NCBI RefSeq assembly: GCF_009914755.1
Contig: NC_060933.1
DNA from: the human T2T-CHM13v2.0 reference genome, Homo sapiens
Reading direction: 5' to 3' (one strand)
DNA length: 64,000 bases
Within the stretch, counting starts at the first letter, position 1, and every line of letters starts with the position of its first letter. The translations under genes were made by a program, and so were the position numbers. The notes below the pieces were generated by a model. That model saw only the letters and a program-made list of their open reading frames with translations, was not told where the DNA came from and did no database searches. This document shows, piece by piece, positions 40,012 through 52,949 of this stretch.

Positions 40012-43000
40012 AGGGAATGGAATGGAATGGAATGGAAAGCAATGAAATGTAATTGAATGGAATGTATTGGAATGTAATGGAATGGAATTGAACCGAGTGG
40101 AATGGAATGGAATGGAGTGCAATGGAATCAACCCGAGTGGAATGGAATGGAAAGGAATGGAATGGAATGGAATGGAATGACATCAACCCGAGTGGAATGA
40201 AATGGAATGGAATGGAATTCAATGGAAAGGAATCAACTGAATTGGAATGGAAAGGAATGGAATGAAATGGAATCCAGTGAACCTGAGTGGAATTGAATGG
40301 AATGGAATGGAATGGAATGGAATGGAATGGAAAGTACCCGAATGGAATGGAATGGAATGGAATAGAATGGAGTGGAGTGGAATGAAATGGAAAGGAATGG
40401 AATGGAATGGAATGGTATCAACTCGAGTGGAATGGAATGGAATGGAATAGATTGGAATGGAATGGAATGGAATGGAAGGGATTCATTCCGAGTAAAATGG
40501 AAGGGAATGTAATTGAGTGGAATGGAGAGGAATGGAATCAACCCGAGTGGAATGGAAAGGAAATGAATGGAATGGAATGGAATGGAATCGCCACTAGTAG
40601 AATGCAATGTAATGGAATGGAATGGAATGGAATCCACCCAAGTGCAATTGAAAAGAACGGAATGGAATGGAATGAAATGGAATGGAATCTACAAGTATGG
40701 AATGGAATGGAATGGTATGGATTGCAATCTGCCTGAATGGAATGGAATGGAATGGAAAGGAATGGAGTGGAATGGAATGAAACGGAATAGAATGGAATGG
40801 AATCAACTGACGTGGAATGTAATGGAATGGAAATGAATCAGAGTGGAATGGAATGGAATGGAATGGAATGGAATGGAATGGAATGCAATGAAATTGAATG
40901 GAATGGAATTGAATGCAATGGAATCAACCCGATTGGAATGGAAGGGAATGGAATGGTTTGGAATGGAATGGAGTGGCAATGAATTGAATAGAATCAACCT
41001 GAATGGAATGGATTGGAATGGAATGGAATGGAATGGAATGGAATGGAATGGAATCGAACGGAATCAACTCGAGTGGAATGGAATGGAATGGAATGGAATG
41101 GAATGGAATGGATTGTAACGGAATGGAAAGGAATGGAATGGAATCATTCCAAGAGGAATAGCAGGGAATGTAATGGAGTGGAATGCAAAGGAATTGAATC
41201 AACCCGAGTGGAATCGAATGGAATGGAGCAGAATGGAATGGAATGGAATGGAATAGAATGGAATGAAATGGGTATCAACAGGAATGGAATGGATTGGAAT
41301 GGAATGGAATGGAATAAATCCCAGTGGAATGAATGGGAATGGAATGGAATGCAATGGAATAGAATGGAAAGGAATCAACCCGAGTGGCACGAAATGGAAT
41401 AGAATGGAATGGAATGGAAATTACTGTAATGGAATATATTGAAATGGAATGGAGTGGAATCAACTCGAGTGGAATGGAATGCTATGTAATGGAATGGAAT
41501 GGAATGGAATCAACTGCAATGGAATGGAATGGAATGAAATTAAATGGAATGGAATGGAATTGAATGGAATTTAATCAACCCGACTGGAATGGAAGGGAAT
41601 TTAATGGAATGGAAAGGAAAGGAATTAACCCGAGTGGAATGGAATGGAATGGAATGCAATGGAATGCAATCCACCCGAATGAAATGGAATTGAATGGAAT
41701 GGAATGGAATGGAATGGAATGGAGTCTTCCCAAAAGGAATGGAATGGAATGGAATGGAATGGAATGGAATGGAATGGAATGGAATGCAATGGAATGGAAT
41801 GGAAAGGAATATAATGGAATGTAATGGAATGTAATCAACACGAGTGGAAAGAATGGAATGGAATGGAATGGAATTTACTGGAATGGAATATATTGAAATG
41901 GAATGGAGTGGATTCAACCCGAGTGGAATGGAATGGAATGGAATGCGATGGAATGGAATGGAATGGAATGGAATGGAATTGACAGTAATGGAATGGAATG
42001 GAATGAAATTCAATATAATGAAATGGAATTGATTGGAATGGAATAAACCCGATTGGAAGGGAAGGGAATGGAATGGAATGGAATGGATTCAACCAGAATG
42101 GAATGGAATGGAATGGAATGGAATGGAATGGAATGGAATGGAATGGAATTAACTCGAGTGGAATGAAATGAATTGGAATGGATTGGAACAGAATGCAATG
42201 GAATGGAATGGAATGGAATGGAATGGAATGGAATGGAATGGAATGGAACGGAATGGAATGGAATCAACACGAGTGGAATTGACCCGAGTGGAATGGAATG
42301 GAATGGAATGGAATGTTATCAACCCGAGTGCAATGGAAAACAACGGAACGGAATGGAAAGGAATGGAATGGAATGGAATGGAATCAACCCGAGTGCAATG
42401 CAATCTAATAGAATGGAATGGAATGGAATGGAATGGAATGAAATCTACCCGAAAGGAATGTAATGGAAGGAAATCGAATGGAGTGGAATGAAATGAAAAG
42501 GAACGGTATGTAATGGAATCAACACGCGTGGAATGGAATGGATGGAACTGAATCAAACCGAGCGAAAAGGAATGGAATGCTAGTTAATGGAATGGAATGG
42601 AATGGAATTAAATGGAATGGAATGGAATGGAATGGAATGGAATCAACCAAATTGGAATGGAAGGGAAAGGCATGGTGTGGAATGGAAAGGAATGGAATGG
42701 AGTGGAAAGGAATTGAATAGAATCAACAAGAATGGAAAGGATTTGAATGGAATGGAATGGAATGGAATGGAATGGAATGGAATGGAATGGAATCGAATGG
42801 AATCAACTCGAGTGGAATGGAATGGAATGCAATGGAATGCAATGGAATGGAATGGAATAGAATGGAATGGAATGGAATGGAAACATCCCGAGTGGAATGG
42901 AATGCAATGGAATGGAATAGAATGGAATTACTGGAATGGAATATATTGAAATGGAATGGAATGGAATCAATCCGAGTTTAATGGAATGGAATGGAATGGA

Positions 43001-45407
43001 ATCAACTGGAATGGACTGGAATGTAATGGAATTAAATGGAATGGAATGGAATTGAATGGAATGGAATCAAGAAGAGTGGAATGGTAGGGAATGTAGTGGA
43101 ATGGATTGGAATGGAATCTAAACGAATGGAATGGAAAGGAATGAGATGGAATGGAATGGAATCTACCCAAATGAAATGGAATGGAAGGGAATGGAATGGA
43201 ATGGAATCTACCCGAATGGAATGGAATGGAATGGAATTCAAAGGAGTGGAATGGAATGAAATGGAATGGAGTGGAATGGAATCAACTCACGTGGAATGGA
43301 ATGGAATGAAATGCAATGGAATGGAATGGAATCATCCGGAGTGGAATGTAATGGAATGCAATACAATGTAATAAAATGGATTGCAATGGAATGCAATGGA
43401 ATGGAATGGAATGGAATCACCCCGAGTGGGAGAGAATGGAATGGAATGGAATGGAATGGAATGGAATGGAATGCAATGATATGCAATGGAATGGAATCAA
43501 CTGGAATAGAATGGAATGGAATGGAATGGAATGATATGGAAACAACACGAATGGAGTGGAGTGGAATGGAATCGAATGGAATGGAATGGAAAGCAATGAA
43601 ATAGAATTAAATGGAATGGATTGAAATGTAATGGAATGGAATCAACACTAGTGGAATGGAATGTAATGGAATGGTATAAAATGTAATGGAATTGAATGGA
43701 ATAACCTGAGTGCAATGGAATGGAATGGAATGGAATGGAATGGACGCAATCAACCCGAGGTCAATGGAATGGAATGGAATGGAATGGAATGCAATGGAAT
43801 GGAATGGAATTTAATGGAATGCAATGGAATGGAATGGAATGGAATGGAGAGGAATCAACGCGAGTGCAATGGAAAGAAATGGAATGGAATGGAATGGAAT
43901 GTCATTAACCCGAGGGAAATGGAATGGAATGGAATGGAATGGAATGGAATCTACCCGAATGGATTCGAATGGAATGGAATGGAATCTACCCAAATGGAAT
44001 GGAATGGAATGGAATGGAATGGATTGGAATGGAATGGAATGGAATGGAATCAACCTGAATAGAATGGAATGGAAAAGAATGGAATTGAGTGGAATGGAAT
44101 GGAATTGAAGAGAATGGAATGCAGTGGAATGGAATGGAATGGAATGGAATGGAAGGGAATGGAATGGAATGGATTGGAAATGAATGGAATGGAGTGGAAT
44201 GGTATCGAATGGAATAGAATGGAGTGTAGTGGAATGGAATGGAATGGAAGGAATGCAATGGAATGGAATGGAATCAACCCGAGTGGATGGAATGGAATGG
44301 AATGGAATCAACCAGAGTGGAATGGAATTTAAAGGAATGGAATGGAATGGAATCACTCCGAGTGGCATGGAATGGAATGGAATGGAATCAACCCGAGTGG
44401 TAAGGAATGGAATGCAATGGAATAGAATGGAATGGTATGGAATGGAATGGAAACTACCCGAGAGGAATGAAATGGAATGGAATGGAATTGAATTTTATGG
44501 AATCAACTGGAATGGAATGGAAAGGGGTGGAATGGAACGGAATGGATTCAACCCGATTGGAATGGAATGGAATGGAATGAAATAGAATGGAATGGAATGG
44601 AATGGAAAGGAATGGAATGGAATGGAATGGAATGGAATGGAATGGAATGGAATCTACCCGATTGGAATGGAATGGAATGGAATGGAATAGAATGGAATGG
44701 AATGGAATCGAATGGAATGGAATGGAATGGAATCTACCCGATTAGAATGGAATGGAATGGAATGGAATATAATGGAATGGAATGGAATCAACTGGAATGG
44801 AAAGGAATGAAATAGAATGGAATGCTATGGAATGGAATGGAATGGAATCAACCGGACTGGAATGGAATGGAAAGGAAGGGAATGGAATAGAATGGAATGG
44901 AATGGGAACAACACGAGTGGAATGGAAGGGAATTCAAAGGAATTGAATGGAATGAAATCAACGGGAATGGAATGGAAAGGAATGGAATGGAATGGAATGG
45001 AATGGATTCAACGCGAGTGGAATGGAATGGAATTGAATGGAATGGAATGGAATCAACCTGAATGAAATGGAATGGAATGGAATGGAATCGAATGGAGTGG
45101 AATGGAATGAAATGGAATGGAATGGAATGGAATCAACTCATGTAGAATGGAATGGAATGGAATGTAATGGAATGTAATGGAATGGAATGGAATGGAATGG
45201 AATGGAATGGAATGGATTGGAATGGAATGGAAAGGAATGCAATCAACCCGAGTGGAATGTAGTGGAATGGAATGGAATAGAATGGAATGAAAAGGAATGG
45301 AATGGAATCAACGTGAATGGCATGGAATGGAATAGAATGGAATGGAGTGGAATGGAATGCAATGGAATGGAGTGGAATGGAATGCAATGGAATGGAGTGG
45401 AATGGAA
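40012..45407 (-). repeat. Orientation block 6: GGAAT on + strand
   Basis: Starts at ttccactagggaatgg (40005-40020). Ends at the centre of the palindrome at 45407/45408. Confidence 0.95.
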
Positions 45408-45428
45408 TTCCATTCCACTCCATTCCAT
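45387..45428. repeat. Perfect 42-bp palindrome at a strand switch
   Basis: atggaatggagtggaatggaa|ttccattccactccattccat: 21-bp arms, no spacer, centred on GAATTC. Confidence 0.93.
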
Positions 45429-48400
45429 GCCAATTGGGTTCATTCCATTCCATTCCATTTCGTTCCATTCTATTCTATTCCGTTGCATTCCATTCAATTA
45501 ATTTCCATTGCAATCGGGTTGATTCCATTCCAATCCATTCCATTCCATTCCATTCCATTCCATTCCATTCCATTCCATTCCATTGCATTCCATTCCATTT
45601 CATTCCATTCCATTCCATTCCATTCCATTCCATTCCATTTCATTCCATTCCACTCCATTCCATTCCATTCCATTCCATTCCATTCCATTTCATTCCATTC
45701 CACTCCATTCCATTCCACCCGTGTTGATTCCATTCCATTCCATTCCATTCCATTCCATTCCATTCCATTCCATTCCATTCCAATCGGGTTGTTTCAGTTC
45801 CATTCCATTCCATTCCACGCGAGTTGATTGCATTCCATTCCATTCCATTTCATTCCAATAAACTCCATTCGATTCCATTCCATTCCATTCCATTCCATTC
45901 TGGGAGATTCCATTGCATTTCATTCCATTCAATTCCATTCCTTTCTTGTAGATTCCATTCCATTCCATTCCATTCCATCCCATTCCATTCCTTTGCATTA
46001 CATTCGGGTAGATTCCATTCCATTCCATTCCATTCCATTCCACTCGGGTTGATTGCATTCAATTCCATTCCATTCTATTCCATTCCATTCCATTCCATTC
46101 TATTCCATTCCATTCCATTCCATTCCATTCCAATCCATTCCATTCCATTCCATTCCATTCCATTCCATTCCATTGGATTCCATTCCATTCACATTCATTC
46201 CTTTGGGGTTGATTCCATTTCATTCCATTCCATTCCATTCCAGTTGATTCCATTCCATTCCATTCCGTTCCATTACATTACATTCCAATCCATTCCATTC
46301 CATTCCATTAAAGTCTAGTTGATTCCATTCCATTCCTCTCCGTTCCATTCCATTCCATTACACTCGGGTTGATTCCATTCCTTTCCATGCCACTCCATTA
46401 CATTCCCTTCCATTCCATTCGGAATGATTCCATTCCATTCCATTCCATTCCATTCCAATCCATTCCATTCAGGTTGATTCTATTCATTTCCTTTCCACTC
46501 CATTGCATTCCATCCCTTTCAACACCAGTCCATTCCATTCCATTCCGTTCCGTTCGGGTTGACTCCATTCTATTCCATTTCGTTCCATTCCATTCTATTC
46601 CGTTGCATTCCATTCCATTCCCTTCCATTGCAATCGGGTTGATTCCATTCCATTCCATTCCATTCCATTCCATTTCATTCCATTCCATTCCATTCCATTC
46701 CATTCCACGCGAGTTGATTCCATTCCGTTCCATTCCATTTCATTCCGTTCCACTCCATTCGATTCCATTCCATTCCATTCCATTCGGGTAGATTAAATTC
46801 CATTCCATTCCATTCCATTCCTTTCCATTCGGGTAGATTCCATTCCATTCCATTCCATTCCGTTCCATTCCATTCCATTCCATTTCACTCGGGATAATTC
46901 CATTCCGTTCCATTCCTTTCCATTTGGATACATTCCATTCCATTCCATTCAATTCTCTTCAATTCCAATCTGGTTGATTCCATTCCATTCATTTCCATTA
47001 CATTCCATAAAAGTCCATTCGATTCCGTTCCATTCCACTCGATTTGATTCAGTTCCATTCCATTCCATTCCACGTGACAAGATTCCATTCCATTCCATTC
47101 CCTTTCATTCTAATCCACTCCATTCGATTCCGTTCCATTTTCATTCCATTCGGGTAGATTCCATTCCTTTCCATTCCATTCCATTCGGGTAGATTCCTTT
47201 CGATTCCATTCCATTCCATTCCATTCCATTCCATTCCATTCCATTCGTGTAGATTCCATTCCATTCCATTCCATTCCATTCCATTGAATTCCATTCCCTT
47301 CCATTGCACTCGGGTTGTTTCCATTCACTTTAATTGCATTTCATTCCTTTTCATTCCATTCCATTCCATTGCATTCCAGTTGATTCCAGTTGATTCCATT
47401 CCATTCCATTCCATTCCATTCCATTCCATTCCATTCCACTCGGGTTGATTCCACTCCATTCCATTTCCTTATATTCCATTCCAGTAAATTCCATTCCATT
47501 CCATTCAATTCCATTCCACTCAGGTTGATTCCATTCCATTCCATTCAATTCCATTCCATTCCATTCCATTCCATTCCATTCCCATTCATTCCACTCGGGT
47601 TGATTGCATTCCATTCCACTCCATTCCATTCCATTCCTTTCCATTTCGTTGCACTTGGGTTGATTCCATTCCATTCCATTCCATTCCATTCCCTTGCATT
47701 CCAATCGGGTTGATTCCATTCCTTTCCATTCCACTTGATTACATTCCCTTCCATTCTACTAGGAACGATTCCATTCCATTCCATTCCATTCCATTCCATT
47801 CCGTTCCATTTCATTCCATTCCATTCCATTCCATTCCCTTCCATTCCATTCCATTCCATTCCCTTCCATTCCACTCGGGTTGATTCCATTCCTTTCCATT
47901 CCACTCGATTACATTCCCTTCCATTCCACTAGGAATGATTCCATTCCATTGCATTCCAATCCATTCCATTCCATTTCATTCCACTCGAGGTGATACCAAT
48001 CCATTCCATTCCATTCCATTCCGTTGCGTTCCATTCTATTCTACTCCGTTCCGTTCCATTCCACTCGGGTTGATTCCATTTCATTCCATTGCGTTCCACT
48101 CGTGTTGATTCCATTCCATTCCATTCCATTCCATTCCATTACATTCCACTCGGGTGGATTCCATGCCATTCCATTCCATCCTTTCCATTCCTAAGAAATA
48201 CATTCCATTTCATCCCATTCCACTCGGGTTGATTCCATTCCATTTCATTCCATTCCATTCCATTCCATTCCATTCCACTCGGTTTGATTCTATTCTATTC
48301 CTTTCCATTCCATTGCATTCCATTCCATTTCATTCCAATCATGTTTATTCCATTCCTTTCTATTCCATTGCACTCCATTCCATTCCATTCCCCTGAATTC

Positions 48401-49033
48401 CACTCGGGTTCATTCCATTCCATTCCATTCCATTCCACTCGTGTTGATTCCATTCCATTCCATTCCATTCCTTTCAAAGCGGAATGATTCTATTCCATTA
48501 CATTCCAAACCATTCCCTTCCATTCCATTCCATTGCATTCCACTCCATTCCATTCAATTCCATTCCTGTCCCTTCCTTTCCAATCGGGATGATTCCATTC
48601 CATTCATCTCCAGTCCATTCCATTTCATATCATTCCATTCTTTCCATTCCATTTGATATCCATTCCAATTTTTTCCATTCCATTCCATTCCTCCCGAGGG
48701 GAATCCACTGCATTCCATTCCATTCCATTAGGGTTGATTCCTTTCCATTCCATTCCATTCCATTCCATTCCATTCCACTCGGGTTGATTCCATTCCATTC
48801 CATTCCAATGCAGTCCATACCATTCCATTCCATTCGATTCCGCTTGGGAGGATTCCATTCCATTCCATTCCATTCCATTGCATTCCATTCCATTACATTC
48901 CACTCCACTCGGGATGATTGCATTCCATTCCATTCCATTCCATTCCATTCCATTCCATTCCTTTCCATTCCGTTCCGTTCCATTCCATTCCATTCCTTCC
49001 ATTCCATTCCATTCCATTCCACTACACTCCATT
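45408..49033 (+). repeat. Orientation block 7: CATTC on + strand
   Basis: Ends at actacactccatt|caactggattggaatgg. Confidence 0.95.
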
Positions 49034-52000
49034 CAACTGGATTGGAATGGAAAGGAATGGAATTGCCTGGAACGGAAAGAATGGAATGGAATGGAATGGA
49101 ATGGAATGGAATGGAACAGAATAGCATGGAATGGAACGAAATGGAATGGTGTGGAATCAACCCGATTTGAATGGAATGGAATGGAATGGAATTGTGTGGA
49201 ATGGAATGGAATGGAATGGAGTATAAAGGAATTTAATAGAATCAACACAAATGGAATGGAATGGAATGTAACAGAATAGAATGGAAAGGAACGAAATTGA
49301 ATGGTATGGATTCAACCCGATTGGAATGGAATGGAATGGAATGGAATTGTGTGGAATGTAATGGAATGGAATGGAGTATAAAGGAATTGAATAGAATCAA
49401 CCAGAATGTAATGGAATTTAATGGAACAGAACGGAATGGAGTGGAATGGAATGGAATGGAATGGAATGAAATGGAATCTTTCCTAGTGTAATGGAAGGGA
49501 ATGTAATTGAGTGGAATGGAAAGGAACGGAATCAACTCGAGTGGTATGGAAGGGAATCAAATGGAATGGAATGGAGTGGAATGGAATGGATTGGACTGGA
49601 ATGCAATGGAATGGAATGGAATAGAATGGAATTGAATGGAATGGAATCAACTGGAATGGAATGGAATGCAATTAAATGGAATGGAAACAACCCGAGTGTA
49701 ACAGAAGGGAACGGAATGGAATGGAATGGAATGCAATGGAATGGAATGGAATGGAATCTACACGAATGGAATGGAATGCAATGGAATGGAATGGAATGGA
49801 ATCTACACGAATGGAATGGAATTGATTGGAATGGAATGGAATGGAATGGAATGGAATGGAATGGAATGGAACCTACCGGAATTGAATGGAATGGAATGGA
49901 ATGGAATCGAAAGGAATGGAATCTAACCGAATGGAATGGAAATGGAATGGAATCGAATGCAGTGGAATGGAATGAAAGGGAACGGAATGGAATGGAATCT
50001 TGTCAGGTGGAATGGAATGGAATGGAACTGAATCAATCTGAGTGGAATGGAATGGAATGGTACTGATTCAGTCTGAGTGTAATGGAATGGACTCGAATGG
50101 AATGGTAAGGAATGGAATGGAAATGAATGGAATGGAATCAAACTGATTGGAATGGAAGGGAATGGAATGGAATGGAACGGAATAGAATGGAATGGAACGA
50201 AATGGAATGGAATGGAATCAACCCGATTGGAATGTAATGGAATGGAATGGAATCAACTCGAGAGGAATGGAATGGAATGGAATAGATTGGAAACGAATGG
50301 AAAGGAATGGAATTGAATGGAGTGGAATGGAATCATTCCGAATGGAATGGAAGGGAATGTAATGGAGTAGAATGGAAAGTAATGGAATCAACCCGAGTGG
50401 AATGGAAGGGAATGGAATGGAATGGAATGGAATGGAATGGAATGGAATGGAATAGAATGGTATGCAATGGAATCAACACGAGTGGAATGGAATGGACAGG
50501 AATGGAAGGGAGAGGAATCAACACGAGTGCAATGGAATGGAATGGAATGGAATGGAATGGAATGGAATGGAATGGAATCTACCGGAATGGAATGGAATGG
50601 ATTGGAATGGAATGGAATGGAATGGAATGGAATAGTATGGAATGGAATCATTCCGAATGGAAGGGAATGGAATGGAATGGAATGGAATGGAATGGAATGG
50701 AATCAACTGGAAAGAAATAGAATCAACTGGAATGGAATGGATTGGAATGGAATAGACTGGAATCAACCACAGTGGAATGAAAGAGAATGGAATGGAATGG
50801 AATGGAATGGAATGGAATGGAATGGAATGGAATTCTGTGGAATGGAATGCAATGGAATGGAGTGTAAACGAATTTAATAGAATCAACCCGAATGGAATAG
50901 AATGGAATGGAACGGAAAGGAATGGAATGGAATAGAATGGAATGGAATGGAATCAAGTCGAGTGGAATGGAATGGAATAGAATGGATTGGAATGGAATGG
51001 AATGGAATGGAATGCAGTGGAATCAACCCCAGTGGAATGAATGGGAATGCAATGGAATTGAATGGAATGGAATGGAATGGAATAGAATGGAATGGAATGG
51101 AATCAACCTGATTGGAATGGAACGGAATGGAATTTACTGGAATGGAATATAATGAAATGGAATGGAGTGGAATCAACCCGAGTGGAGTGGAATGGATTTG
51201 AATGGAATGGAATGGAATGGAATGGAATGGAGTGGAATGGAATGGAATGGAATGGAATCAACTGGAATGGAATTGAATGCACTGGAATTAAATGGAATGA
51301 ATGCTATTAAATGGAATGCAAACAACCCAAGTGCAATGGAAGAGAAAGGAATGGAATGGAATGGAATGGAATCTGCACGAATGGAATGGAATGGAATCGA
51401 ATGTAATGGTATGGAATGGAATGGAATCTACCCGAAAGGAATGCAATGGAATGGAAAGGAATGGAATCTACCCGAATGGAATGGAAATGGAATGGAATCG
51501 AATGGAGTGGAATGGATTGAAAGGGAATGGAATGGAATGCAATCTTGTCACGTGGAATGGAATGGAATGGAACTGAATCAACCCGAGTGGAATGGAATTG
51601 AATCGAATGGAATGGTATGGAATGGAATGGAAATGAATGTAATGGAATCAACTTGATTGGAATAGAAGGGAATGGAATGGAATGGAACGGAATAGAATGT
51701 AATGGAACGAAAGGGAATGGAATGGAATCAACCCGATTGGAATGGAATGTAATGAATGGAATGGAATGGAATGGTGTGGAACGGAATGGAATGGAATGGA
51801 GTGGAAAGGAACTGAATAGAATCAACCCAAATGGAATGGATTGGAATGGAATGGAATGGAATCAACTCGAGAGGATTGGAATGGAATGGAATGGTTTGGA
51901 AAAGCATGGAACGCAAAGGAATGGAATTTATTGGAATGGAATCATTGTGAATGGAATGGAAGGATATGTAATGGAGTGGAAAGGAAAGGAATGGAATCAA

Positions 52001-52949
52001 CCAGAGTGGAATGGAAGGGAATGGAATGGAATGGAATGGAATCAACCCGAGTGAAATGGAATGGAAAGGAATGGAATGGAGTGGAATCAACCCGAATGCA
52101 ATGGATTGGAATAGAATGGAGTGGAAACAACCCGAATTAAATGGAATGGAAAGGAATGGAATGGAATGGAATGGAATGGAATGGAATGGAATGGAATCTA
52201 CCCGAATGGAATGGAATGGAATGGAATGGAATGGAATGGAATGGAATCTACCCGAATGGAATGGAATGGAATCGAATCGAATGGAGTGGAATGGAATGAA
52301 ATGGAAAGGAATGGAATGCAATCAATTCGCGTGGAATGGAAAGGAGTGGAATGGAATGGAATGGAATAAACCCGATTGGAATGGAAGGGAATGGAATGGA
52401 ATGAAACGGAATAAAATGGAATGGAACGAAATGGAATGGAATGGAATCAACTCGATTGGAATGGAATGGAATGGAATGGAATGGTGTGGAATGGAATGGA
52501 ATGGAGTGGAGTGGAAAGGAATTGAATAGAATCAACCCAAGCGGAATGGATTGGAATGGAATCGAATGGAACGGAATCAACTCGAGTGGAATGGAATGGA
52601 ATGGAAAGGATAGCAATGGAATGGAATGGAATGGAATGGAATCATTCCGAGTGGAATGGAATGGAATGGAATGGAATTTATTGGAAAGAAATATATTGAA
52701 ATGGAATGGAGTGGAATCAACGTGAGTGGAATGGAATGGAATTTACTGGAAAGTAATATACTGAAATGGAATGGAGTGAAAACCTGAGTGGAATGGAATG
52801 GAATGGAATGGAATGGAATGGAATGGAATGGAATCACTCTGAGTGGCATGGAATGGAATAGAATGGAATCAACCCGAGTGGAATGGAATAGAAAGGAATG
52901 GAATGGAATGGAATGGAATGGAATGGAATGGAATGGAATGGAATGGAAT

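Noticed and set aside
45400-45415. Heat-shock element created by the palindromic junction
   Set aside because: GAA and TTC are spaced 0 or 5 bp apart there, not the 2 bp required.
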